DNA of 33,153 bases. It comes from a virus (taxonomy: Duplodnaviria; Caudoviricetes). Within the stretch, counting starts at the first letter, position 1, and every line of letters begins with the position of its first letter. The notes below the pieces were generated by a model. That model had not been told where the DNA came from and ran no database searches. It was given only the letters and a program-made list of their open reading frames with translations. The stretch covers positions 1-33,153 of the IMG/VR virus record IMGVR_UViG_3300011442_000019; one strand, written 5' to 3'. The position numbers and the translations under genes were made by a program. Of this stretch, positions 7,263 to 17,101 are shown one piece after another.

Positions 7263-7342
7263 GCCATGAAAATCGCAAAGAACGCAGAGAACTCAGAGCG
7301 GAAATTTCTTTGCGCTCTTTGCGCTCTTTGCGGTTAAACCCC

Positions 7343-8809
7343 ATGCGCGCCGCCAAAATAAATTTCCGCCCGTTCCAACTCCCGATCTTCACCGATCGCG
7401 AGAGCGGCATCGTGTTGCTCCACTGGTCGCGCCAGATCGGTAAGAGCTACACCCTCGCCGCCTGGGCCGTGGACCGGTTGCTCACCCGTCCGGGCCGCCT
7501 CGTCACCGTCCTCTCCAATTCGCGCGACAATGGCGCGGAGTTCGCCGCCAAGTGCGGCGAAGTCGCCCGCGAACTCGGCCTCGTCTGCGAACAGATGGAC
7601 GGATCTCCCGACGCCCAATATGAAAACATGCGCTACGAAGTGCGCGTTACCGTCAAGGGAAAGACCGGGCGCATCAAGGTCCTCGCCGCCAATGCGCGCA
7701 CGGCTCGCGGCTTTTCTGGCGACCTTATTCTTGACGAGTTTGCCTTCCATGAAGACTCGAACGCGATTTGGGAAGCCGCGGAACCCATCCTCTCCAGCAA
7801 CCCCGATTTTCTGTGTCGCATCGCCAGCACCGGCAACGGCAAGCACAACATGTTCTATCGCATGTCCGCCGGAGCCGGACCCGATGATGGCCGGTTCTTC
7901 CAGTCACTCGCCGGTTTCAAAGTCTGCCGCGTCACGCGCACCGCGGCCTGGCTTCAGGGCGTCAAAGTCTATGACCCCAACACCCGGCAGCCGATCACAC
8001 CCGCCGAAGCTCGGACGAAAGCGTTAGACAAGCGCGCCTACGATCAGAACTACGAGTGCGCGTTTGCCGATGAGAACATGTGCCTCCTCACGCACGAACT
8101 CATTCAATCGGCGGAGCGCCCCGGCATCCCCATTGACGACCAGCATTGGTCCCTTCGGTCCCTCGCCGTCCTTTCGAGCGCCCAAGGCGAACTTTATTTC
8201 GGCCTCGATGTTGGCCGCAACCGCGACCTCAGCTTCCTGCCGGTCCTGGAAAAGCTCGGGCAGACCAAACGCATCATCGCGGCGCTGCGGATGCAGGGGA
8301 TGCGCCTGCCCGCGCAACAGACCCAACTCGATCTCGTTTGCGGCCTCCCGAAATTCCGCTGCGGTTGCGTGGACATGACCGGCCTCGGCCTCGGCCTCTG
8401 CGAATACGCGCAGGAACGCTGGGGCGACTACAAAGTCCGCGGCGTCAACTTCGGCACCAGCGAACCCACCAGCGACCGCATCCGCCAGGAAGGCCGCAAG
8501 GCCCAGACCGCGCGCGTCACGGAAATCATGGCCACGGATTTACTGGCCGCCTTCGAGGAACGCAGCATCGAGTTGCACATCGAACTCGATGCCGACGCCC
8601 GGGATGATTTGCGGAAGCCCGAGAAGATCACCAGCCCCGGCGGCCGGGTGAGCATCGCCGCCGTGCGCGACGAAGCCGGCCACGCCGATCACTTCTGGGG
8701 ACTGGCCCTCGCGGTGCGCGCGGCGGGTAATTCCCCTGGCCCCTTCGCCTGGAAATCCATCTCCACTTCCCGCGGCGCGGGCATCCGCACGAAAGGCGTG
8801 CCGCTGTGA
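7343..8809 (+). CDS. Terminase large subunit (Mu gp28-like)
   Basis: Walker A SRQIGKS, Walker B LILDE, STGNG, and nuclease motifs GLDVG, DMTGLG and HADHFW. ATG at 7343. Confidence 0.95.
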   Translation: MRAAKINFRPFQLPIFTDRESGIVLLHWSRQIGKSYTLAAWAVDRLLTRPGRLVTVLSNSRDNGAEFAAKCGEVARELGLVCEQMDGSPDAQYENMRYEVRVTVKGKTGRIKVLAANARTARGFSGDLILDEFAFHEDSNAIWEAAEPILSSNPDFLCRIASTGNGKHNMFYRMSAGAGPDDGRFFQSLAGFKVCRVTRTAAWLQGVKVYDPNTRQPITPAEARTKALDKRAYDQNYECAFADENMCLLTHELIQSAERPGIPIDDQHWSLRSLAVLSSAQGELYFGLDVGRNRDLSFLPVLEKLGQTKRIIAALRMQGMRLPAQQTQLDLVCGLPKFRCGCVDMTGLGLGLCEYAQERWGDYKVRGVNFGTSEPTSDRIRQEGRKAQTARVTEIMATDLLAAFEERSIELHIELDADARDDLRKPEKITSPGGRVSIAAVRDEAGHADHFWGLALAVRAAGNSPGPFAWKSISTSRGAGIRTKGVPL

Positions 8810-9153
8810 ACGCTAGAAGCCAGAGGTCAGAAGTCAGAAGTCAGAGGGCTGAAATCCGCCCTCCGGCCTCCGACCTCCGACCTCAGCCCTTTGCCGCCAC
8901 AGCGCCCGCGGCGACTCCTATGTGCCGGAGTGGCGGAAATCGCCCCCCGACGCGCCCTAGCCCCCTGCAAAACCCTGCAACCCCGCGAATTTTGCCTCCG
9001 CACCCAGGACGGCCTCGCTCCCGGAAGCCGTTTTTCCACCTTGGAGGTTTCCCGTGACTGAAACCCTTCCCAAGGCAGAGGTCAGAAGTCAGAGGTCAGA
9101 GGTCAGAAATCGGACCTCCGCCCTCCGCCTTCTGGCCTCCGTCCTTCTGGCCA

Positions 9154-10752
9154 TTGCCTTTTTTTTTGGAGGGTCCGCTGAATACTGAAGCCTCCATCAT
9201 TGACCCCGCCCGGATCGAGCGCGCCATCCAGCAGCGCTACTCGCCGTTCCCCGAACTGACGATGGAGCGGCTCTCCGCCCAGCTCAACCAGTTCCGCATC
9301 GGCGAACTGCGCGCCGCCGCGCGCACCTGGGAAATCATGCTGGAGCGCGATGGCGATCTGGCCGTGCCGGCGGACAAGCTCTTTGCCGACATCGCCCGCC
9401 TCCCCTGGGAAATCGAGAAGTCCGAGGAGTCCGCCGAGGCCGAGGCCCACTTCGCGGCCCTCACCTATTTCTACACGCATCTGAGCGCGACGAGCATCCT
9501 CGATGGCGACGAAACCGGCGGCCTGAATCTGCTGCTGCGCCAGATGATGACCGCGCACGCCATGCGCTATTCGGTTCACGAAATGATTTTGCAGATCAGC
9601 AGCGCCGGAAAAAAGGAAGTCACCGCGCAATTTCTCCACGCGCCGGTCTGGTTCTTTGAAGCGCGCAAGGGCCGGCTGGGATTTCTCAAACAGGAGTTCG
9701 CGGTCTATGGCGAGCCGCTCGCCCGCGGCGAATGGCTGCCCGCCCTCGGGCGCGGCATGATGCGCCAGTGCAGCGTGGCTTATCTCTGCAAATGGTCGCC
9801 GCTCACCTACTGGGCGCTTTTCTGTTACCGCTTCGGCGTCCCCGGCATTCACGGCCTGACCGACGCACAGGAAGGCAGTGACGAGTGGAACAAATTCACC
9901 GCCGCGCTCTCCGCCTTTGCGAATGACTGGGTGACCGCTACGAACCGCACGGCGGAAATCAAACTCATCGAAGCCGCCAAGGGCGGGACCGGCACCCTGC
10001 CCTTCCAGGAACTCGTCGAGCGCAGCGACCGGCTTTACGCCCGCGCCTTTCGCGGCGGCGATCTCAGCACCCAATCGCGCGGCGGCAGCGCCGGCGGTGG
10101 CGGCGAAGTGGCCGGCGCGAACCCGCAGGAATCCGAGAAGGAAATCGTGCTGCAGGACGGCGGCCAGTGGGCGACCGACGTGCTCAACTCGCGCGTCGAT
10201 GAACCGATCATTGAATACCTTTTCAACGCGCGCCCCAAGGCGTGGATTTGCATCCGCCCGCCTAAGCGCAGCGATGTGCGTTCCGAAATCGAGGCCACTG
10301 GCGTCGCGATTCGGGCCGGCGTCATCACTCCGAGCGAGGCCGATGAAATTCACATGCGCGACCGGTTGAGTCTGCCGCCGATGTCCAAAGACGTGATCCG
10401 CGAGTGGAAGAAACAAGGCGGTGCGCGTTTACCCATCACGCTCCAAGCGGAAGGCGCGCCGGCCGCTCCCAACAATTTCAACCGCCCGGCGCTCGCGAAC
10501 TCCGCCAACCTGCAAGACCAATTCGCCGCCGCCCTGGCGGACAAAACGGATCCTGTCGGCGCGTTGATAAACCGCATCGTCGAAATCAAAGACGACGAGC
10601 AAATGCTGTCGGCGCTCCAACAATTCCTCGCGCGCGCGGACGTGCTCAGCGGGCTGCTCGCCTCGGACGTGACCAAGTTGCAACGCGCCCTCGAACAAAT
10701 CACCGCCCCCGCCCTCGCCGCCGGGCTGGCGGGAAAGGCCACCGCCGCATGA
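9154..10752 (+). CDS. Portal protein (Mu gp29/DUF935-like)
   Basis: WALFCYRFGVP motif, size, and position after the terminase. The start is non-ATG and uncertain. Confidence 0.88.
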   Translation: MPFFLEGPLNTEASIIDPARIERAIQQRYSPFPELTMERLSAQLNQFRIGELRAAARTWEIMLERDGDLAVPADKLFADIARLPWEIEKSEESAEAEAHFAALTYFYTHLSATSILDGDETGGLNLLLRQMMTAHAMRYSVHEMILQISSAGKKEVTAQFLHAPVWFFEARKGRLGFLKQEFAVYGEPLARGEWLPALGRGMMRQCSVAYLCKWSPLTYWALFCYRFGVPGIHGLTDAQEGSDEWNKFTAALSAFANDWVTATNRTAEIKLIEAAKGGTGTLPFQELVERSDRLYARAFRGGDLSTQSRGGSAGGGGEVAGANPQESEKEIVLQDGGQWATDVLNSRVDEPIIEYLFNARPKAWICIRPPKRSDVRSEIEATGVAIRAGVITPSEADEIHMRDRLSLPPMSKDVIREWKKQGGARLPITLQAEGAPAAPNNFNRPALANSANLQDQFAAALADKTDPVGALINRIVEIKDDEQMLSALQQFLARADVLSGLLASDVTKLQRALEQITAPALAAGLAGKATAA

Positions 10753-12029
10753 AATTTTCCCATCCGCCATCTGCCCTCTGCCCTCTGCCATCGGTGCTCG
10801 CCCTCGCCAACTCCGCCGAGGAACTCGGCGACGTGCTCGCCCTGGAAAACGAACTCGCCCTCGACAACGACGGCTGGGCCTTGCTCGCCCCGTTCGGTGA
10901 GCACCGCAAGACGCGCACCATCCAGCGCGACGGCCGCGTCGTGCAGGAAACGTTTGTCCAGGTGTTCGACGAAGCGGCCGTGGACGCCGTGCTCGCCAAC
11001 GAAAACGGCGGCGTGTTCACCCGGCTCAAGCGCGCCTTCATCAAGCGCCCGATCTACAACGGCCATCCCGACATCAAACTTTACGCGCCGGAAACCGTAA
11101 CGCTGGCCAACGAGCGATTGATTCCCCTCGGGTTGAATCAGGCGTGCCGCAAAACCGCGCGCGGGTTGGAATTCCAACCGCTGCTGGTACCGGACGGCAA
11201 GAAAGCCGTGGAAGAGGACGGCTGCAAATATCCGAGCGGCCTTTTCCTGCTGAACAAAACCGGCGGGGTCCGCGCGGACGGCGCGATTGAAGTGCGCCCC
11301 TTCAAGCTCGCCAGCATCGGCCTCACCCCGCACCCCAACATTTCCGGCGTGGACTCCCTGGCGAACGCCAGAGCGAACCAACCCGCCGCGAGCGACAAAA
11401 CCAAAACCACAGACGACACCATGAAACAACTCCTCATCGGGTGGCTCGCGGCCCAGGGCATCGCCCTGGCAAACGATTCCACCGATCAATCCGTGTTCGA
11501 CGCCTTCAATAAAGAATGGCTCGCGCGCACCACGACCAGCACCGCGCTGGCCAACGACAAAACCAACTTGACGCAAACCGTCAACACGCTCACTGCCGAT
11601 CGGGACAAGGAAAAGACCCGCGCGGACCAGGCCGCCACCGCGCTGGCCAATGAACAAACCGCTTTCAAGGCCGAACGCCAGGCGCGCGTCGAAGCCTGCG
11701 TTGATCTCACGATCACCCAGGGCAAACTCGACGTGGCCGGCCGCGCCGCGAAAGTCACGGAACTGCTCGCCCTGGCCAACGACAAGTTGCCCGAGGCCCT
11801 CACCGTGCTGGAGAAACTCCCGGCCAAATTCAAGATCGCGAGCGCCCTCGGCAGCGACCGCAAGTCCGCCGCGACCGCTTCCGGCAGCGCGCAGCAGAAG
11901 ATTCTCACCCTGGCCAACGACGACGAAAAATACAAAGCCCTCCCGATGGACAAGGCGATGGCCGCCATCGAACGCGATTACCCCGCGCTCTTCGAGGAAC
12001 TCCGCCAACCCGCCACGACCGCGAAGTAA
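10749..12029 (+). CDS. Prohead protease with C-terminal scaffold (Mu gpI/gpZ-like)
   Basis: LAPFGE, PIYNGHPD, YPSGLF and LASIGLTPHPNI motifs followed by a helical tail; ATGA overlap with the portal gene. Confidence 0.88.
   Translation: MKFSHPPSALCPLPSVLALANSAEELGDVLALENELALDNDGWALLAPFGEHRKTRTIQRDGRVVQETFVQVFDEAAVDAVLANENGGVFTRLKRAFIKRPIYNGHPDIKLYAPETVTLANERLIPLGLNQACRKTARGLEFQPLLVPDGKKAVEEDGCKYPSGLFLLNKTGGVRADGAIEVRPFKLASIGLTPHPNISGVDSLANARANQPAASDKTKTTDDTMKQLLIGWLAAQGIALANDSTDQSVFDAFNKEWLARTTTSTALANDKTNLTQTVNTLTADRDKEKTRADQAATALANEQTAFKAERQARVEACVDLTITQGKLDVAGRAAKVTELLALANDKLPEALTVLEKLPAKFKIASALGSDRKSAATASGSAQQKILTLANDDEKYKALPMDKAMAAIERDYPALFEELRQPATTAK
11421..12029 (+). CDS. Probable internally initiated scaffolding protein
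   Basis: In-frame ATG after an A/C-rich leader like those at other gene starts here; analogous to Mu gpZ. Confidence 0.65.
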   Translation: MKQLLIGWLAAQGIALANDSTDQSVFDAFNKEWLARTTTSTALANDKTNLTQTVNTLTADRDKEKTRADQAATALANEQTAFKAERQARVEACVDLTITQGKLDVAGRAAKVTELLALANDKLPEALTVLEKLPAKFKIASALGSDRKSAATASGSAQQKILTLANDDEKYKALPMDKAMAAIERDYPALFEELRQPATTAK

Positions 12030-12072
12030 ACCAACTCCCCAAAAACCGACGCTCAACTCAAACCAAAATCCC

Positions 12073-12378
12073 ATGATGAAAAACAAACTCCGACTCCACC
12101 TCGCGATCTTCGCGGCCACGCTGTGCGCCGCGTTCCATCGCGCTACGCCCGGCGCGCTCGCCCTGGGCAACACCAAAACCGACCCGGCCGAGCCGCCCGT
12201 TGATCTCGCGGCGGAGAACGCTGCCCTCCGCAAGCAACTCGCCGCGCGCGATGGCGAAGCCCAACAGATCGCCGAACTCGTCAACCTTGGCCTCACCCAT
12301 CCCCAGGCCGTCGCCAACCTGAAACACAAGGCGGACTTCCGCGCCCGCGCCGCCACGGTCAAAGCCGCGAAGAAATAA
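12073..12378 (+). CDS. Small head-associated protein (101 aa)
   Basis: ATG at 12073 after an A/C-rich leader; N-terminus resembles that of the next gene. Confidence 0.75.
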   Translation: MMKNKLRLHLAIFAATLCAAFHRATPGALALGNTKTDPAEPPVDLAAENAALRKQLAARDGEAQQIAELVNLGLTHPQAVANLKHKADFRARAATVKAAKK

Positions 12379-12427
12379 CCGGCGAATCCAAAAATCCATT
12401 CATCCAAAAATCCAACGATCCAAAAAT

Positions 12428-12919
12428 ATGAACCGTTTCAAACTCACGCTCGCGCTCCTCTGCGCCGCCGCGGCCGCCCTGCTGCACCGCGTCAAACAAA
12501 ACGGCGTGGCCCTCGCCAACGCCATCCTCACGCATCCGCAATGCGGCGATACCGCCCTCGCGGATGAAGCCATCGGCCGCTTCAAACTCCTTAAGGCCGG
12601 CACGGACATTTATCACAAAGCGCTGTGCGACAAGAACGACATCCCGGAAGGCTTCACGCGCGATGCGTCCGCCGCCGCCGCCGAAGACCGCTTCGCGTTC
12701 GATTACCTCGGGCTGGCGCGCAAGGGCACGGAAGGCACCGCCAGCGGGACCTGCACCGCCGGCAACCTCTGCTGCCCCGGCGACAACGGCACCATCCGCG
12801 ACATCACCGCCGTCTCCAGCGAGACGGTTTACGTCTGCGGTAAACTCCTGACCACCGCGGCCACGACCGAGCAAGTCGTGTTCATCCCCTATCCCCCGGT
12901 CAAGTTGATCATCGCATAG
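12428..12919 (+). CDS. Putative capsid decoration/cement protein
   Basis: Size, beta-rich G/A/T pattern, and position between scaffold and capsid. Confidence 0.7.
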   Translation: MNRFKLTLALLCAAAAALLHRVKQNGVALANAILTHPQCGDTALADEAIGRFKLLKAGTDIYHKALCDKNDIPEGFTRDASAAAAEDRFAFDYLGLARKGTEGTASGTCTAGNLCCPGDNGTIRDITAVSSETVYVCGKLLTTAATTEQVVFIPYPPVKLIIA

Positions 12920-12959
12920 CCGGCCAACCATCCATCAATCCATTACTCCATCAATCCAA

Positions 12960-13982
12960 ATGAAAAACCTTGCCTCCCTCGCCACCGTGGCCCTCGCGAA
13001 TTCCATTTGCGCCCGGCTGCACATCCAGCCGCATGACAATTACGGCTCGCTTCCCCACGGCTCCGTCTGCCTCGCCAACGACAGCTTGTTTTCGCAGGCC
13101 ACGCTGCAAGTCGAACAAACCACCTACGGCATCGGCTATGCGGATCCCAACCGCAACAAGCTCGTGGACCTGCTCAATTCGCTCGCGCCCACGCGCTCGG
13201 GGCCGCGCAACGCCCGCATCACCGTCTATGACGAAACGGAACCGTTCGAGACCGTGGATTACAAGACGGTCAAACGCGCCGAACTCGGCGACTTCCGAGA
13301 AGTCAAACAGCGCACGTCCACCCGCGTTACGCGCGCCGTCCTCAATCGCGGCCTCACCTGCGTGCTCGATACCGACCAACTCATTGACAAACCCAACTGG
13401 CGCCAGATGCACACCGAATGGCTCATTGACCTCCTCTCGCGCGCTTCGATCCTGGAAGTCCTCGCCCTCTACGCCGCGATCGCCGCGACGGACACCTACA
13501 CCTGGAACGCGAACGCGAACCCGGACCTGGACCTGAAGAACCTCAACGTCTCCGTGCTCGCGCCGGCCACCGGCTTCAAGGCCAACCGCGCGGTCTTCGG
13601 CGAAGAGGCCACCCTCAAGCGCCAGATCGCTTACGAGCCGCAGAACAACGCCGGTGCTTATGCCGCCGCGCCGATCATGACCGATGAAGGCATCGCCGCG
13701 CGCATCGGCGTGGACCGCGTGCGCACGAACGTCGAGCGCTACAACACGGCCGGCGTGAAGAACACCTTCCTCGGCTCGAAAGTCCTGCTCTTCACCTCGC
13801 AGGATCAGGAGTCGCCGGAAGACGCCAGCAACATCGTCCGCCACACCGCCAACACCGGCGCGGGCGGGGCCTATGCGGTGTACGTCGAGGAGCGTTTGAA
13901 AAAGACGCTGATCACCGTGGAAAACTACGAACTGTTCGCCACCCAACACACCAGCGGCGTCGCCCTCATCACCATCAACTGA
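12960..13982 (+). CDS. Major capsid protein
   Basis: 340 aa, strong codon bias, expected position, followed by a hairpin. Confidence 0.8.
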   Translation: MKNLASLATVALANSICARLHIQPHDNYGSLPHGSVCLANDSLFSQATLQVEQTTYGIGYADPNRNKLVDLLNSLAPTRSGPRNARITVYDETEPFETVDYKTVKRAELGDFREVKQRTSTRVTRAVLNRGLTCVLDTDQLIDKPNWRQMHTEWLIDLLSRASILEVLALYAAIAATDTYTWNANANPDLDLKNLNVSVLAPATGFKANRAVFGEEATLKRQIAYEPQNNAGAYAAAPIMTDEGIAARIGVDRVRTNVERYNTAGVKNTFLGSKVLLFTSQDQESPEDASNIVRHTANTGAGGAYAVYVEERLKKTLITVENYELFATQHTSGVALITIN

Positions 13983-13988
13983 TCGCCT

Positions 13989-14019
13989 GGGAGCGCCGGC
14001 ATCCCTGCCGGCGCTTCCC
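13989..14019 (+). terminator. GC-rich hairpin or REP-like palindrome after the capsid gene
   Basis: GGGAGCGCCGGCA-TCCC-TGCCGGCGCTTCCC; no U-tract follows. Confidence 0.55.
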
Positions 14020-14058
14020 GCTCACTCAATCAAAAATCCACCCATCCAAAAATCCAAA

Positions 14059-14562
14059 ATGAAATTCCCGAAACTCAAATCCGCCCTCTGCCTTCTGGCC
14101 TCCGCCAGCTGCCTGGCCGCGCTCCCCGCATCGGCGCAACTGCTCGGCGGCAACCAGGTCAACATCTATGCGCCGGTCAGCACCGGCTTCAGCAATTGTC
14201 CCACCGTGATGATCGGCATCGCGGCCGGGGCCAGCCAGACCAACCTCACCGCCAGCTACACGAACGCCGTGCGTCTGCGGCCCGGCCGCGATCTGGGCCT
14301 GGCCGCGCAACTCACCGGCGGCTCGAACACCGTCGGCGGCCTGCTGTTCAACTTCGGCCTGGTCTATAACCGCACCAACACCTGCACGATCACCAACTTC
14401 ACCTGGACGGTGAACGTCAACGGCACCACGGCCGTCCGCAATTGGACGAACATCCCCAACAGCATCGTCGGCAACGCCGACGGCGTGTTCCTCCATAGCG
14501 TGTTGGACACCGGCACCAACTCGATCACGGGCATCAAACTGTTCGCCCAGCAGCAACCTTGA
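14059..14562 (+). CDS. Signal-peptide-bearing Asn/Thr-rich protein
   Basis: Basic-hydrophobic leader ending in ASA, followed by a beta-rich mature region. Confidence 0.75.
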   Translation: MKFPKLKSALCLLASASCLAALPASAQLLGGNQVNIYAPVSTGFSNCPTVMIGIAAGASQTNLTASYTNAVRLRPGRDLGLAAQLTGGSNTVGGLLFNFGLVYNRTNTCTITNFTWTVNVNGTTAVRNWTNIPNSIVGNADGVFLHSVLDTGTNSITGIKLFAQQQP

Positions 14563-14647
14563 GGCACCGCGCCGCCGTCGGTGCGTGAGGTCGCGTCGCG
14601 CGCCGCCGGCCTTTTAATAATCCGCAATCCGCAATCCGCAATCTGCA

Positions 14648-15100
14648 ATGGCCAATTGGATCCCCATCACGCTCGCCACGCTGAAAGAAGCGAAAGTCGC
14701 CGCGCTCATTGACGCCTGCGATTCCGCGGCGTTGGGCGAGGGCCAGGCGAACCGCAGCGCCGGCGTCATCCAGGGCGTCGTGGATGAAATCCGCAACGCC
14801 GTCGCCAGTTGCAAAACCAACCGCGTGGACAGCGACCTCACGAAAATCCCCAAAGGATTGCGCGACCTCGCGGTGGACCTCATCACCGCTCGCCTCAAGA
14901 AAGCGATCGAGCAACCGCTCACCGATGACGAGCGCACCGACGTGGCCGAGCGCCGCCGCCAACTCCGCGACATCGCCGCATGTGATTTGGTGGTGGACCA
15001 GCCGGATGATCCGGTTGAACCGGAAGTCGAGACCAACCTCGGGGTCGAACTGATCCGCCAACCCGGCGACAACCCGCTGAGCGGCCTCGGGATTACCTGA
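14648..15100 (+). CDS. Mu gp36-like (DUF1320) head-tail adaptor
   Basis: IP..LRDLAVDL...RL...LRDIA pattern and synteny. Confidence 0.75.
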   Translation: MANWIPITLATLKEAKVAALIDACDSAALGEGQANRSAGVIQGVVDEIRNAVASCKTNRVDSDLTKIPKGLRDLAVDLITARLKKAIEQPLTDDERTDVAERRRQLRDIAACDLVVDQPDDPVEPEVETNLGVELIRQPGDNPLSGLGIT

Positions 15101-15130
15101 CTCAAGACTTTAGACTTTAGACCCGAGACT

Positions 15131-15946
15131 ATGGACTTGTCCCTCATCGCCCCCTTCGAGGAAGCGCTCAAAGCGCTGGCCGCGCGCGACGTGCTGCCCA
15201 CCGCCCTGGACTCGCAGGGCCTCCGCCAATTGGGCGCGGGCTTTCATCGCCAGAACTTCACCAGCTCCCAAACGCTGCTCACCGATCTGCTCGACGAATA
15301 TAAAAGCGGCATCGAAGCGATCCTGAATCCCACCACCGGCGTTTCCAAAGATCGCGAGACCGCGCAGAATCCCGAGGGCTTCGTCACCGTCGGCCGCAAC
15401 GCCGCGCAAGTCCGCCTGGCCGCCAAACAGCTATTGCAGGACCTCGGCTACACCGCTGCACCGGGTGAGCAGGGCACCATCAAAGACCTTTCCTCGAATG
15501 CGCGCATCAACCTCGTCATCCAGACGAACAAGGATATTTCCCAAGGCGCGGGCTGGTTCATTCAATCGCAGGACCCCGCCGCGCTGGATGCCTTCCCCGC
15601 GCAGGAACTCGTGCGCATCGAAGGACGCAAAGAACCGCGCGACTGGCGGCTGCGTTGGGAGCAGGCCCTGGCCGCGGCCGGCGACGCGCCGGGCATCGCC
15701 GCGTTTCAGGCGTCGGGCCGCATGATCGCGCGCAAAGACTCCGGCGTGTGGCAGGCCCTGGGCGATGGCGCGGGCGGCTATGACGATTCGCTCGGCAATC
15801 CCTTTCCACCCTTCGCCTTCCAGAGCGGCATGGGCGTGCGCGACATCGGCTACGATGAAGCCCTCGCGCTGAACCTGATCCAAGCCGGCGAAGCCGTCCG
15901 CCCGCAACTGCCCGCCGACCTGGCCAGCCTGTTTGGAATGAACTGA
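15131..15946 (+). CDS. Mu gpF/gp30-like head morphogenesis protein
   Basis: RINLVIQTN...QGAG and PPFAFQSGMGV motifs. Confidence 0.7.
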   Translation: MDLSLIAPFEEALKALAARDVLPTALDSQGLRQLGAGFHRQNFTSSQTLLTDLLDEYKSGIEAILNPTTGVSKDRETAQNPEGFVTVGRNAAQVRLAAKQLLQDLGYTAAPGEQGTIKDLSSNARINLVIQTNKDISQGAGWFIQSQDPAALDAFPAQELVRIEGRKEPRDWRLRWEQALAAAGDAPGIAAFQASGRMIARKDSGVWQALGDGAGGYDDSLGNPFPPFAFQSGMGVRDIGYDEALALNLIQAGEAVRPQLPADLASLFGMN

Positions 15947-15947
15947 A

Positions 15948-16634
15948 ATGAGGCTTACCCTCAAAGTCCGCGAGAACCTCACCGCCACCACGGCGGCGCT
16001 GATCGCGGAGTTGCGCGGCCCCGGCACGGTGACGGCCGCCGCCGTCGGCGTGGCCAATGAAACGCGCGACTGGTTCGCCGGGCTGGAGCAGACGCGCCCG
16101 AACAAAATGGGTTTTCCCCGCTCGCATTTCTGGAGCGACGTGCGCGGCTCGGTCCAAAATCCGCAGCTCAGCGGCGACCAGGCCGCGACGGTGGCCATCA
16201 CGCACGTCGGCATCCGCCAGCGGCTCGAAGGCGGGAAAATTGTCCCGCTCAAAGGCGAATACCTTACGATCCCCGCCAACGCCCAGGCGTACAGCCATCT
16301 GGCGCGCGAGTTCCACAACCTCCATTTCGGCTTCGCGGAGAATCGTTACGGCGGCCTATCCCCGGCGCTGATTGAAAACACGTCGCAGGAGTTCACCGTC
16401 GGCCGCAAAAAGAAAGACGGCACCCGCACCGTGAAGCCCGGACGCGAGCGCGGCGGCGAAGTTTTCTTCTGGCTGGTCCGGCAAGTCTATCAGCCTGCCG
16501 ATCCGAGCGTGTTGCCGCCGGAGGAGCGTTTGGTCGGCGCGGTGGAAAAAGCCGTCGGCGGTTACGCCCGCAACCTCATCGCCCGCGCGAAAGGCGCGGC
16601 CGCATCGGTCGCCTCCGCCCCCGAGGTCCCATGA
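15948..16634 (+). CDS. Virion morphogenesis (gpG-like) protein
   Basis: GGKIVPLKGEYLTIP motif and position. Confidence 0.6.
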   Translation: MRLTLKVRENLTATTAALIAELRGPGTVTAAAVGVANETRDWFAGLEQTRPNKMGFPRSHFWSDVRGSVQNPQLSGDQAATVAITHVGIRQRLEGGKIVPLKGEYLTIPANAQAYSHLAREFHNLHFGFAENRYGGLSPALIENTSQEFTVGRKKKDGTRTVKPGRERGGEVFFWLVRQVYQPADPSVLPPEERLVGAVEKAVGGYARNLIARAKGAAASVASAPEVP

Positions 16635-17101
16635 GCAACCCCTTTCTCGATTTACAGGAAGCCACCGCCGCCCGGCTGCGCGCGCATGATTTTCTGAACG
16701 GCCTCGCCATCGTCACCGAAACCCTCGGCGACGTGACCAACCGCGTGAACGTCGCGCTCGTCAAGGGCGGCGTCGCGCAGAACGACTACAACAAAGCCGG
16801 CCTCGCGCTGCTCATCATCACGCCCAAAGGCCGCGGCGTCGAACCCTCGCGCGGCGCCGCGCAACTCATCACCGTGCGCGTCGCCGTCTTCGCGCGGCCC
16901 GTCATCAACGACGGCCCGAACGGAACTCAAAAACACCCGCTCGAAGTCCACTGGTCCGTGCAGCAGCAGTTGCTTTCCTGGCCGCGTGGCCGCGGCCAGG
17001 AATTCATCACGCTCGACGGTTGGGACAGCCGCGAAACTCCCGACGGCCAGCTCAGCTACTTCAGCGACTTCTATGTTCCCCTCGTCCTCGCCCTCACATG
17101 A
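16631..17101 (+). CDS. Putative tail terminator/completion protein
   Basis: 156 aa with ATGA couplings on both sides, in the neck region. Confidence 0.55.
   Translation: MSNPFLDLQEATAARLRAHDFLNGLAIVTETLGDVTNRVNVALVKGGVAQNDYNKAGLALLIITPKGRGVEPSRGAAQLITVRVAVFARPVINDGPNGTQKHPLEVHWSVQQQLLSWPRGRGQEFITLDGWDSRETPDGQLSYFSDFYVPLVLALT

Noticed and set aside
6731-7342. N-terminal 200-aa extension of the terminase
   Set aside because: It overlaps the DUF3486-like gene in another frame and crosses a repeat; the real start is 7343.
8806-9057. 83-aa ORF
   Set aside because: Largely translated heptamer repeats and Pro/Arg low-complexity sequence.
10350-12407. Long minus-strand ORFs (also 9103-10416, 12951-13949, 25890-27437 and others)
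   Set aside because: Antisense shadows of GC-rich plus-strand genes with no recognisable motifs.
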